This document shows positions 1-12,860 of a stretch of DNA of 64,000 bases, in pieces (positions within the stretch are counted from its first letter, which is position 1; each line of letters begins with the position of its first letter). A program made the translations under genes and the position numbers. The notes beneath the pieces are model-generated. The model saw only the letters and a program-made list of their open reading frames with translations. It ran no database searches and was not told the origin of the DNA. This DNA is from Sminthopsis crassicaudata (lineage: Eukaryota): NCBI RefSeq assembly GCF_048593235.1, contig NC_133620.1, positions 332,645,765 to 332,709,764 of the forward strand, read 5' to 3'.

Positions 1-601
1 GGCAAATCTGTGACAAGAGCCATATTTCACCTGGCCAGGTAGGCTCTTGTAAGGGTCTGGGCCACACACATTAGGTTACTTTTCCTTAAAAGATTCTCCT
101 TGAGGCCTGACTGGTAGGCTCAGGTGCTGAAGCAACTTTCTAAATCTCAAAGACCACAAGGTGCACCAACTTTTCCATCAGGCTCCTAACTAGGAACACC
201 ATTGACAGGCTGGGCAGCTGTGCTCAGCTCCATGAATGTGAGTTCCTCTCTGAATCTGCTGTGGTGGAGGAAACCTTCTTTGGTTACCTGATGGATGACT
301 CACACATTTCTCATTTGATCCCTGTATCGTATCTAAACTATTAGGGAACCTGCCTGATTTGGGAGTCTAGTTTGCAACACCCAGAAAGTCTGTTCTTGGC
401 CTTCATGGAAGGAAAAAGCACAATATGCTTGACTTCCCTTTTAAAAAATCGCATTCTGAACAAGATCTAATTTTTTTTTATTTTATTTTTTCAGGGGAGG
501 ATATATGAAATAAATGCTTTATCAAAATGACTAATAGAAAATGTAATCTTTTAAAAGACAGGAGATGAACAAATGAGTTAATAATGAATGTATAAATGAA
601 T

Positions 602-730
602 GGAGGCAACTAAGTGGTGCAGTGGATAGGGCATCTAGTCTTGAATGAGGAAGACTTATTTTCATGAGTTAAAATCTGGCCTCAGAATATTTACTAGTTG
701 TGCTACCCTAGGTAAGTCACTTAATAACCA
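602..730 (+). mobile_element. CORE-SINE (MAR1/MIR-type) head fragment
   Basis: ggaggcaactaagtggtgcagtggatagggc...ctaggtaagtcacttaa: a tRNA-like head plus the CORE motif. Confidence 0.75.
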
Positions 731-3619
731 CAGCAGATAAATGCCAGGAAAATGAAGGCACAAGTAAGAAACTTAAGTGGAAAAGAATTTCCAAGGTATG
801 GCCAGTGGCAAGTCAATCAAGCCTTCTTAGAATATCCCACCCAAAGGGAATTTAGCATAGGTGTTACAGTTAGTTTTCAAGGGATTAGAGCTAGAGTTTC
901 TTATCCCCAAATAATCATAACTATATTGTAATAAAACAAGAGTCTTCCTGAAAGATAACCCTCTTCAACTTCATTTATGATTTAATAGCTAACTTCTGTG
1001 GTAGAATTTGCCACATATAATTCAATTAAGCAAGAACTTATTGAGTATCTACTATATAACCAGCAATATGGCAGATATTGAGAAGGGCACAAGGAAAGGT
1101 CATGATACTGTTTCTTCGTGAAGCTGATAATTTTCTTGGGGAGAGAAGCCTACATTTGAAACAAGAAACAATTCAAGGGAAAAAAAGGTGAGACAGAATA
1201 AAGTGCTAAGCTGAATAAAATCAAATTCCAAACTACATAATTTAGAGACTTTGTGCTATGGGCAGCTGGGAAAGGGAAAGTTCTGTTTAAAATTATCTTA
1301 GAGGATGTGAGATTTGACAACATCCTTGAAGGATGAATAGGAATTGAATTGCTGTAATGAGAAGAAAAAGCATTTCAGGTGACAGACTAGCCTGAGCCCA
1401 GGTTTAGAGATAGGAAGGGTAAAAGGTACAAATCACATGAACAGCCTGGTTGGATGGAAGATTTAGAAGAGGAAAAGAAGTTTGGACGGGTAATTTCCTG
1501 CAAAGTGATGGGGGTCTCTGAGTATCAGGAGGAAGAGGCAGCAAGATGCAGAAGTAAAAGGATGTGGGGTCTTAAGAAGCATCAGAATTCTAAATCTGTG
1601 ACATATGCAACCTTAGGCAAGTTGCTTATCCCTCATTAAGCCTCAGTTTCCTCATCTATATTGAGAGGCCTGGACCAAATAACCTCCATGTCCCATCTAG
1701 CTCCAAGTCTACAGTCTGCTTGAACTAATAGGTAATGCTTCCCCTGAGCAAAGGGGTTTGGCATCAGGAATGTGCAGGATAGATTGGAGCATTAACAGAC
1801 AGGTAGGAGAAAAGAACCTAGAGAGAGATGGTAAAAATGGGAGCATTGACTGGGCTGGTGGGAGCAGAAGGAGACAGGAAGAGATGATGCTGAGTTATAT
1901 TCTGAAGAACCAAAGGAGGGTTAATTGGCACGATAGATAGAAAGGATGGAAGAATGATAAGCTGAAGAGGAGACCCACTAAAGGAAAAATATTAGATTAT
2001 TTTACCCTGATATCAGTGGTGACACTCTGGTTGGGAAACTCATTTCCAATTGTTTTCTTGTCACATTCTTGTCTGAAGGAATCACAAGAGTCTATCTTCT
2101 CAAGAAATGTCTCCTATTATCACCTAGTAGGATGTAAACTCTGCCTCCTACTTTGGCCACCACAGGCAAAAAAGGAGAGAAGAGGAGGTTCCTTTCTGGT
2201 TGCTTCCACTTTGGTGGGATTTTTGGATCACTTAATGAATTGATTACCAGCAGTAGCTAAATTATGGGAAGACGCAGTTTGGGGTAGGTCTCTCTGGAGA
2301 AGGGGTGAGCTTACTGAATCCAGCCTCCTTTTTCAGGTTAGTGGGCATTGTCTGTGCAAAACAGAAACTGGAAAAAGTCAGTTCAAGCTTGAGGTTTTCA
2401 TTTAAGAGCAACGCTCCATGTTTTGTCCTTATATAAATAATCTTTTAAAGGAATCAGGAATTCTTTCCTTTGGGACAGTATGTATATGTGTTGGGGATAA
2501 CGTGGATAGTCTACCACAGGCTTACTGCTCCCCAACATTTCCCCTAAAAGTTTGGTCTTGCAAAATGGCCAAAAGTAACTCTCAAGGAATAGGAAGGGAA
2601 AAGGGCAGAAGCTGTACAAGAAGCAGTGACAAAAAACAAGGCAGACACTGGAATAGGAGTCTCACAGCAAAGGGGCTATGGGTCTGTGAATCCTGGGTTG
2701 GGCAATGTAATGTAGTAGTCACAATTAACAGAGGAACTGAGGAAGATTACCAACTGAGGGAGATGACCCACTAGAGAACCATATACGGAGGATAGCTCCC
2801 TCCTTCTATGTTGGCACCCTGAGGCAAAGCCCTGATCACCCTGACCTAGTTATAGCTTGATCTTACTTATAGTGTGATCTAGTGGTGGGCATAGGAGATA
2901 GTTTTAGTTTTTTCCAAATTGGTTACATATTCTTATAGGAAATGAATTGCAAGCATCACTTCGGGACTCTTTCTATTGCTCATCATCTTCCCCATGCCAT
3001 TAGATTATGTAGCAGCTTTTTTTGCCCACTTAATTGTTGAAAAATAACTTTCCTGACCATGGTGTAAACAATACCCACCATTAAACCCTGCTATTAGTCA
3101 GCTACACCATGGATAACCCACCTTCTGGAAATCTTTCCTCTAAAAGAAGTCTGGCAGAGGGATAACTGCTCACTAATACCTTTCTCTCTATTGACTTCTC
3201 TTTACCCTTATCCCTTTGAAAAGGCTTTAGAATTTCTACTACCTATTTTTTTTTAATCTATCTCTGTAGTGGGGATTCCATATGAATATTTTTAAGTGAG
3301 AAGGCAAAGGATATCATCTTAGATTCTTTATTCTCTCTCTCACCCATATCAATTGTCAAAGCCTATCATCCTACCTCTGGAATAGTCTCTTCAATACACA
3401 CAACTCTTTCTCTCCTCTGACAAATACATCATTTCAAGTTTTTACAAAAACAAACAAAAACAAACTCTGCTTTAAAAACGACAAGAAAAAACGAACACCA
3501 CATATCAGTCAAATCATTCAGGACCCGCTAACAGCATATCTTGTCATTCAATCAAGCAGTTCAGTTCCTATTAGCCTGGTACAGTATTTCATTCCCTCAT
3601 CCCAGGACTATATGGCAAT

Positions 3620-4215
3620 AGCCCCCTCTTCCCATTTCAATCTATCCTTCTCTCAGCTACCAAATTGATCTTCTTAAAGTGTGGGTCTGAACATGTCATC
3701 ACCCTATTCAATAAATTCCAGTGTCTCCCTCTTATCTCCAGGATCAAATATAAAACATATTTGGCTTTTAAAGCCCTTTTAGATTGACCCCTTTCTCCCT
3801 TTCCAGTATTCCTATGCTTAGTCCCCTGAACATATTCTGCAATCCAGTGACACTGAATTCCTTGATGTTCTCTATCTCCTAATTGAGCAATTTTCTGACT
3901 GTTCTCTTCTACATGCTTGGAATTCTCTCTCTCCTCATTTCTACTGCTGGCTTCCTCCAAGTCTTAACTAATGTCCTACCTTTTGCAAGAGTTTCCTGCT
4001 CCTCCTTAACCTTAGCATTTTCTCTATGAGATTACTTACTTCCAATTTATCCTGTATCTGTCTTGTTTACACATAGTTATCTTCAAGTTGTTTTTCCTAC
4101 TAAGCTTGACCGCAGGGACTAGATTTTTTTTTTTTTTGCCTTTCTTTGTATGCTCAGTGTACTTAGCACAGGGCCTGGCTAACAGGCACTGAACTGCTTG
4201 CTGACTGATTGAATG
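3620..4215 (+). mobile_element. L2 LINE 3' fragment
   Basis: Typical L2 3' sequence (ccaaattgatcttcttaaag..., cttagcacagggcctggc..., tgactgattgaatga tail). Boundaries approximate. Confidence 0.75.
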
Positions 4216-7200
4216 ACAAGATATGTTGTTGTTAAGAGTGGGTCCTGAATAATCTGACTGACACATGATATTCTTCATTTTTTCTTCTTGTTTCTAAAGC
4301 AGAGAGTTGTTGTTTTTTTGTTTTTGCATAAACTGATCAACCCCAATCAGGATCTCTTTGCTGTACTGCTAAGTACATGGCAGAAGGACCATTCATTCTT
4401 TCAATTCCTTCTTTCTCGGACTAGTGGGTATCTTCTCTGCAGTTTATAGTCTTTGTTGCTTACAATAGAGAGAGGATAAGTGACCTGGCCAGGTTCACAA
4501 TGCAGGATGTGTCAGAGACGTCCTTGAACTCAGGTGCTCCTGGCTTTGGGGGCAGCTCTCTATCTACCAAGTCGAGATTTCTTTCTCCCTTCTCCATCCC
4601 TACTTTCATCACCCTAGCCCAGGCTTTCATTATCTCATACCTAGATTATCTGACATAGAACCCAGAATTTCTTCAGTGCATAGGATTTCCCTTCCTTGCT
4701 CACAGGCTATGGTAGAAAATGCTTCATTTTTGTCTTTGTATCTTGAGTATCAAGTAGTAGTAGTTGACATATAGTATACACTGAGTGAATACTTGTAAAA
4801 TTGAATTGAATTCTCTAAGATAATACAAAGTCTTACTTAATCTAATCTCTACTCCAAATCTTTCTCAAACACAGGTTAAATTATACTAGTGCTTTTAAGG
4901 CTTTTCATACTAAGGCTTCATCCTAAGAATTTGATCTTATTTATGCCTACATCATCTCAGGTAATATAAATTGTCTGACAAGACAATGTCCCATTCCATG
5001 TACTGCTATGGTCATGCCTATTTTTATGCTTTTTTTGTATGCTGCTTTTCCCAGATTGGAAAGCCCCAGTTCCTCCATCCTATGCCATTTAAATGTCATT
5101 TATTCTTCAAGGCTTCTTTCCCTTTTCTAATCCTCTAGAAGTAGAGAATTTAGCAATTTCTACGTCCTATCATATTGACAGCCTGTCAATTGATTAATTG
5201 ATATGAATAATCCATTGATCATTGTTTCATATATGCTAATTTCATCTCACCAATTAAGACTGTAGGAGCTTTGAGATTTAAACTCTCAAAACTTCTCCAG
5301 ACCCATGGATATAGTGAACTCCTACTTGATCCTCCTTGAACCCACAGGCAAAAAGGAGCTATCATGGGTTATTGAGCAAGGGAAGTGTCATAATGAAAGT
5401 GGTATTGGCCACTGATGGCTTGGCAGGGAACTCGCCAGAGGGGACTAGTGCATTCCCAATTAGAATCATTTGTAGTAAATGCCAAAGATGCTCTTCCTGA
5501 CTTCCAAAGCCATCCTTCTATTTACTCCTACTTTCTGCCTTGCAGGCAGAATTATTTGACATTACTTGGGGATTAGACACCTTGCTCAACAAAAAGCACA
5601 GCTTTCAATGGAGACCTGGAAAGACCTAGTTAAGGACTCTTTCATCATGACTTAATTAAGGAGCCTTTCATCATCAAAAGGCAGAGGGCGTAACAGATCA
5701 GGCCAAGATCTGGGAAAACCAGAAGGGCTATTCTAGTCCAACTGAAAATGATTGCTTTTCAATTAAAATTTTATTTTAAAAATTCAATTTAAAAAACCAA
5801 GGTGTTTGGAAATTATCACCCTATATTTTAGGAGGTCTTTTTATTTGGTGACTCTTCATCTTTGTAGTCACAGCTAAATATTTTGTCAAACACATACATG
5901 TCCCACAACTCAGAAATATTAAAACAAGATGGGTACACTCCACTCCAGGTGGCAACAGAGCTGCCTAGAGACTTCCCCCATGGAAATAAGCCTGCATTCC
6001 AGTAGCGTTGCTCTACCCTAACATAGAATATCTGGGGTCCTTGAATTTAGACTTCCAAAATATAGACTTCAGGTTTATTCTAAGTTAGCACTATGTCTGC
6101 AGATGTCTCTTTTCCTGGTACTTTCTGCCAATTAACCTACAGGCTGTGCCAAATGAGTTTTTCGATTTATCTCACTGTAAATAACCCAATTTCAAATGCA
6201 AATGCTCTATATGCCCTCCCACATAGTCATCTTATTTTTATACTCCACATCATATTTTTTCACACAAGATAGAGAACCAGTTCCAGAGAGCAAAATCAAC
6301 AACAACAAAATGTCCGGTTTTTGAAAGGATGGATAGATTTCTAGATAAATCATAGGATTTTTTTTCTAAGATCAGAAAACATCTAAGAAATTCCTCGAAG
6401 GCATTTAAAAAATGTACCAAACTCTAGTTAAATTCTGTAGATATGAAGATAGGGTCAGGCAGGAGATAAGTGTACATGGAAGAAGAATGAAAATGGTGAG
6501 ACTTACCACCACCCAGATACACTGAGAGTCAAGATGGGATAAATAGAAAGAAAGCTGGCTTTGGAGTCAAAATGATCTAAGGTCATCTGTGAGATACATA
6601 GTTGAGTGACCCTAGGAAAATGCACCAATGGTGTCATACAATTTGGGAAACATGACATTAACAGCTTTTTATATTTTTAGTTTGTTAAATCTTTCCCAGT
6701 TATGTTTTAATCTGGACACATGTGCACTTGAAAGTTTTGCAAGGCACATGTGGCCAATAGGTGCTGAGTTTGACAACTCTGTCCTAGGGAACGCACCTGT
6801 ACTGGTAAAGGAGTTTCTTCATCTGGAAATTCCCTATAACAAAGAAATTACAGGTACCATCCTTTTTCCTATGATATATACAGTCAAAATCTAAGAACCG
6901 AGAAGAGGGTGTCTTCTTTTAGACTGAAACTATCCCCTTCCCATCCTAGTTGAACCCTTAATTACTGATATACTCACTCTGGCAGCCAGCATGAGACCAT
7001 CCTTAATGCATGGTGAGGAATCTTGTGCTACAAAGTATAAACAATTTACCAAATTATAAGTATATGATTTGTTTACAAAGTTTATAAACTCTTCAAAATT
7101 TTCAGTCTTACAGTTGGAAGGCACTTGAGTACATAGATTGTAGAGGAGAAAGACAATTTAAAGTATTCCCAAATTCAATTCAATTTAATCCACAAGTATT

Positions 7201-7639
7201 TATTATATGCCCACTAGTCCCAGGTATTGTTCCAGGTACTGGAAGACACAAAGATAAAAATGAAACAGTCTCTGGCTTCAAGCAGTTTACATTCCATAAT
7301 TCTTTTAGAATTAGAATATACAGAGAACTTTAATTACAAAATTTATACAAATTTTGTAGGGGTGGGGAAGGAGATCAAGATCAGCGTCCTATAGGAGGTG
7401 GTGCCTGCCCAGAGTTCTGAAGGTTACAATTCTAAGAGGTGAAAGGAAATGTATGATGCACTGGAATATAGTCTATGTAAATGAAAAATGGAATGGAATA
7501 TAAGGAGAACAGTGAGAAGGCTGGTTTAAACAGAAAATATGTGACTCATTAGAGGATTTGTCATCATGATTATTTAGTGAGCAAAATGAGTAGAAGGAAT
7601 GAGCTAAGGAAAAGAAGAAACAATATTAGAACTATTTGC

Positions 7640-8460
7640 AGCTGCTCTTGTTTACTTAAGAGAACCCCAGAGATTCAAGCAAAAATTAATTGAAAAAATT
7701 AATAATTTCCAGAAAATGGCAGACTATAAAAGAAACCCATGACATCATTAGGTTTTCTGTATGTCAGTAGCAAAACCCATCAGGAGGAGATATAAAAAGA
7801 AATCTCATTTAAAATAACTAAAGAATGAATAAAATACCTGGGAACATACCTATTAAAATAACCAGAGGAATCTTTATGCTCTGCTCTTCCAGCACTCTAC
7901 CCATAGCTTCTTGGAAAACTCTGGGTAATGGATCATGTCCTGTAAGAATTTCCTGTTTTGTCATTGGCTTACTAGTATTAAAAATTTTTTTTCACTCATT
8001 CCTATGTGAATGTAATGAAATTCTATTGTGCCATAAAAAACAGTGAACAGATGGATTCAGAGAAATCTGAAAAGACTTTTATGAAATGATGCAAATAGAA
8101 ATCAATATAATTAGGAGAACAATGCAAACAGTGGTCACATGTGAAAGGAAACAACTCTGAAAGACCTCAGAATTCTAACCAAAACAGCAATCAAACATAA
8201 CTTCAAAAACTGACAATAAAAGATGCATCCTGCTTCTTGACAGAGAAGTGATGGGCTGGTGGTGCACAGGAAAACATGGCATTCTCATGCCAATCAATAT
8301 GTTGATCTATTTTATTTGAGTATGTGTGTCTGTTATAAGGGAAAGTTTCTTTGGTGTGGAATGAGGAAGGGAGTTTGCTCAACAATGATAGACATTTTTA
8401 AAGATCTTCAAGAAAATATTTTATTAAGAATAAAAAAGTCATGATTCCTTGATTTCTTTA
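7640..8460 (+). mobile_element. Old L1 ORF2 and 3' fragments
   Basis: aaaatacctgggaacatacc (L1 ORF2 KYLG region) and L1 3'-region motifs, heavily decayed. Confidence 0.6.
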
Positions 8461-9966
8461 ACAGAACAGTGATAGGATCGGACCTTTGCCTCAGGGATAT
8501 TAGTTCTGTAGCTAGGTACAAGACATAGTGGAGAAGAAAAAGACTGAACAAAGGGAGACACATTAGGAAGCTAAGGACAGTCCAGGTGATAGGAAACTGA
8601 ATTAGGGTGTTCATAATGTCACAGTTGTCCTCTAACTAAACTTCCTCATTTTACAAATAGGAAGATGATGGCCCAGGGAAATTAGGTGGATTTGTCCAAA
8701 GTCGTATGGTAAATGCCAGAACTGGACAATGAAGCCAGATATTCTAACTCCAAACCTTTGCACTGTATCACTAGTTAGTGGGCTTGATTGCACTTCCTAT
8801 TCCTGAGCTCTCATTTCAAATTCAGCTCTTCCATTATCATTCTGTCTCTCATCCATTTTGGACCTATTCCAACATAAGCTTTCTCAAAACTCATATTTGT
8901 ATCACACATACATAAGTGAACATTTTTTGTCTACAGAAAAAGGAATATAATCAAAATGCATATATGAATGAATGAATTTAAAAAATGAAGGGACTGGATT
9001 AGATAACCTCTAAGATTATTAAATAATCTCCAGGTTTAAGGCTATGAACTTCCAATAATAACTGTCATTTATATAATGTTTTAATATTGAAAAATATTGG
9101 ATTACATTTGTTAACTCATTTAATCCTCATACTCTTCTGAGGTAGGTATTACTTATTATTATGAATAGGGAAATTTAAAGTCAATTTATCTGTATTCACA
9201 CTTTGCTTTTCAAATTTGAGATTTGAACCTTGGTCTTCTTGAATTTAAACCCACTTGGCCAGGTTTCCAAAGGAATCATAATGGGCTGCTTACACTATGA
9301 ATTTGACTTATGATAAGTAGAGTATGTTGCAGATAGAGAAAATTAGGTTTTGAGATTTAAATGTTTTGCTTAAAGGCTGGTCACACTGTTGCTTGATAAG
9401 ACAATCAAATTAAAACAAAGACTCCTGGTTTTCCTTCTTTCTCTTTTTTTTCTTTCTACCTATGGTGTAGTGGGTTTTGCTTTTAAATTTTTATATGAAT
9501 TGTTTCCTTTTATTAAATTATTTTATTTAACATTGACCATTCCCATAAAACAATATAGCATATGTTTCTTCATACAAAACACAAAATTGGACATTTTCTA
9601 AGTAATTGTTTGTTTCAACTATTTCTAAGAAAAAGAATTATCACATAAGAACAGGTATGCTGGCTCAAACCCATGACTTAGACAGCTCACTATGAGTCCT
9701 TTGGAAGTCCTACTTCCATCTTCCTTCCTATGCTTTAGATTATCCTCTCGCTCATCAATAAGCCTCTTGTAATGCCAGTTTCTCTAATATTTTCATCAGG
9801 TTTCTCTTGGAACCAAATGCCCACATTTGTGAGGTTGTTGACTAAGTATGGAGTACGTCTCTAGTTCTGAAGCATTTTCTTTTTTAATAAAGCTAGATGT
9901 CAGCTACATGTCATGACATCTGTCATGTCAGATGACATGTCATCTGTCAGATGTCATAACTACACT

Positions 9967-10086
9967 GGAAGACTTGTGTATATTGCAACATCAATTTGAT
10001 AATATGCAAATAACAGGTATGATGCCATCTCCTGTTTTCCAGTCAATGACTTGGTTATTTCATCATGAAGGCCACATCTCTAAGTT
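9967..10086 (+). repeat. Copy A of a 120-bp unit (inverted relative to 11522-11641)
   Basis: Ungapped manual alignment to the reverse complement of 11522-11641 gives 111/120 identities. Confidence 0.92.
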
Positions 10087-10443
10087 CAGTTTAAGCCACT
10101 ACTGATATACACCTGTGCAAATTGATCTAGCTTGTGCTGAACTTGAGATATTGAAGCAGGAATAAGAGGACCTGAATTTGAGTGCATTAATAAGCATGTT
10201 TTGTGTCTCTGGGGTCCAGCTGTAGGAGGAAAAGTTGGTGGCTTCAGCAGCAGTATATTTTCAACATTTGTTCTCCTTTGACTTTAGCAGAAGGGTGTTA
10301 GATGTTTGATCCCACCCCACTGAGCAAGGTCTGAATTTCTGGGCTATACATGCTGCAAATTTCAATCCCCCACTGAGGCTCATTCAACCAAAAAAGAGTC
10401 AGATTTTAAGGACAAAAAGGGGCTCTCAAGGGGTTCTTTAATC

Positions 10444-10636
10444 CAGGGCTTCTTAAAACTTTTTTCCACTTGTAATTCCTTTTTACGTGAGAAATTTTTA
10501 TGTGACCCTGGATTTGAAGGTATGTAAAACAAATATCCAAATTAAACATTTACCAATAATAAATCATAATTTCACAACCCCCACATTCAATTATGAGACC
10601 CCATAGGCGGTCACAAACCACAGATTAAGAAACTGG
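10444..10636 (+). mobile_element. hAT-Charlie-type marsupial MITE (Chap-like)
   Basis: Imperfect TIR cagggcttcttaaa / ttaagaaactgg, 8-bp TSD ctttaatc / ctttaatt. Related copies at about 20379 and 21374. Confidence 0.85.
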
Positions 10637-10835
10637 CTTTAATTTATTCCCTCACCTAAAAGGAGAGCCTATTTTTAAAATGATATCAAAATGATTGTCC
10701 AAGTGATATTATTTCTAGCACAAGTGACCACTGGGGTTTATTTATCTTTCTTCAAGCCAATTACCCCCTTCCTTGTCTATAGTAACCCTTTATGGCATAT
10801 ATTTAAAATCAAGGTCCTGGGAAGCCATCTAGGCT

Positions 10836-10975
10836 AGTGGTCAAACTCAAATAGAAATATCCTTATCAGCCACTTACTTAGAAAATTAACATTATCCATC
10901 TTGTACTATAATTTTTAAAAATTTCCCAATTCATTTCTAATCTGTTTCAGACTGGCTGTGAATTTGACCCCTCTG
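10836..10975 (+). mobile_element. Short hAT-type MITE (gtcaaactcaaatagaaa...gaatttgac family)
   Basis: Termini tagtggtcaaactc / gaatttgacccctctg. Similar pieces occur at about 6610-6782 and about 50115-50260. Confidence 0.55.
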
Positions 10976-11009
10976 ATTTAGTCCAACCTTCTCATTTTAT
11001 GGGTAATGA

Positions 11010-11190
11010 AAGAGAATGTGGTGGATGAAGAGAGAGCTAGACTTGAAGACAGAAGAAGCTACATTCAAATCCTGACTTTATTCTTATTATCTGTGTGATT
11101 TGGGTAAGGCCCTTAACCTCTGAGCCTCGGCTTCCTCACATACAAAATGGAGAAGTTGGACTATATCAATTCTACGGTCCCTTTCTGTGC
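11010..11190 (+). mobile_element. MIR SINE
   Basis: Contains the MIR core ctgtgtgatttgggtaaggcccttaacctctgagcctcggcttcctc. Confidence 0.75.
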
Positions 11191-11506
11191 TAAATGCATG
11201 ATGCTATGAAACAGATTAAGTGGCCAGCTCCTTTATTTCCGAATCCAACACTTTCTGCTGAGCTAATCAGAAATATTAATTTCATTTGGCTTTTCACAAT
11301 GGGTTCCAATGTCTCTGCTGACTTAGAAAAAGGAGAATGAGAAACTAATATTTGTTTCTAATGAGGCATTAATAATATGACTGAATGGAAGTCTACATAT
11401 CATTCACATAAGGTATGAAATGGTTTGTGAGGCACAAGACAGCAGAGCTTTAGAGAACAGATAATCACAAATCACAAGAAATATTGGACTAAGGATAGAA
11501 GAGTGA

Positions 11507-11891
11507 CAGCTCTTAAGGTTAAACTTAGAGATGTGGTCTTCATGCTAAAATAACAAACTCATTGACTGGAAAACAGGAGATGGCATCATACTTGCTATTT
11601 GCATATTATTAACTTGATGTTGCAATATACACAAGTCTTCCTAATACAGCTGGGCACACAATATGGGCTTGGCTTAGCCCAGTTTTGCAGAAAGGGAAAA
11701 AGGGAATTGAGGGGAAGAAGAAGGGAAAGATCTCATGGAGCAAAGGGAATAGGAATTAGGAAGATTTGTATATATTGCAATATCAAATTAATAATATTCT
11801 AATAACATGCAAATAGCACACTAATCTGCCTCTCTTGTTTTTTCAGTCAATAATTTGGTTACTTTCAGGATCAGGGTTCAACTTCAAGCTG
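11507..11891. repeat. Unclassified hairpin element: two inverted ~130-bp arms (B and C) with a ~117-bp purine-rich spacer
   Basis: Arm B (11522-11641, reversed) aligns to arm C (11759-~11890) with a ~10-nt indel. The outer ends cagctcttaaggtt / aacttcaagctg are also inverted. Confidence 0.7.
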
Positions 11892-12041
11892 AAAAAAACT
11901 TTTTGTGGCTGATTTGGCAGATACATGATAAAGCAGAAAACCTCACATGATGCAAGGCTTGAAGTCATATTCCATCATTAAGTGAAATTTTTTATATTTC
12001 TTCCTGGTCATGACAAATAATATTTAAATGAACTTGTTATA

Positions 12042-12202
12042 GGGGCCGCTAGGTGGCGCAGTGGATAGAGCACCAGCCCTGAATTCAGGAGGACCCGAGT
12101 TCAAATCTAGTCTCAGACATATAACACGTCCTAGCTATGTGACCCTGGGCAAGTCACTTAACCCCAGCCTCAGAAAAATAAACAAACAAACAAACAAACA
12201 AA
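12042..12202 (+). mobile_element. Young tRNA-derived CORE-SINE (WSINE1/SINE1-like)
   Basis: A box tggcgcagtgg, B box gagttcaaatc, CORE motif, (AAAC)n tail, retained CpGs, and an imperfect TSD aaatgaac(t/aa)ttgttat. Confidence 0.92.
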
Positions 12203-12339
12203 TGAACAATTGTTATGCCCAAATGTACAGAAGAAAGCACTTGGGTAGCTCTCTCTGAGGAATGGTTCGGACTGTGGCTTTCCTAGTATCACATACGTAT
12301 AGGTTGGCTGGCAGGAGTCACCGAGATTCCCTCTGTGAT

Positions 12340-12860
12340 TCCTGGCATACAGACACTGGATTCTGACAAACTTATGACTGTGGATTTCCCTTCAGAGATT
12401 ACAGAGAGATGGTAAAGGTCTGGGGGAATTGAAGGGGAAGAGGCAGTTACTTTATCAAGGTTAGTATGGCAGTGACATCTAGGTAGATTGGAACAGGGAA
12501 GAGACTGGAAGCAGACAAGTCAACTAAAAGTCCCTGTAATAGGTGGTGACAGTAGTGATGCAAGAACTGGTAAGACTTGTGAACAATATGGATGGGAGGG
12601 CCAAAGGAGATGGAGGGACCAAACGTTATTCTGAGGTTAAAGCAGAGATGATAATACTGTTACTTTTAAACCAACAAAGGGCAGTTTGGTGGATGAGGGA
12701 GAAGATCGTGAGTGGTTTTAACACCATCAGGTGGAAATGTTTAGCAGGCAGCTGAAAATATGGGATTAAAGCCTAGAGATGTCAGGTTGGATGTTACCTC
12801 GTCCCCATCTAAGTGATAGTTCAAGTTACTAGAGTGGATGAGATTGGGCAAATAAAGGTT
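12340..12860 (-). mobile_element. L2 LINE fragment (antisense to the + strand)
   Basis: Purine-rich reversed L2 motifs (gaacagggaagagactggaagcag..., gatgagggagaag...). Confidence 0.6.

Noticed and set aside
2418-2774. Longer orphan ORFs (2418-2774, 36429-36905, 39586-39993, 60208-60519)
   Set aside because: They lack splice context or a recognisable domain. The last three are antisense or off-frame reads of the CR1 fossil or the MITE.
12042-12120. tRNA gene (A and B boxes present)
   Set aside because: The head continues into a CORE domain and a simple-repeat tail with a TSD, so it is a SINE. No full cloverleaf or acceptor stem is present.
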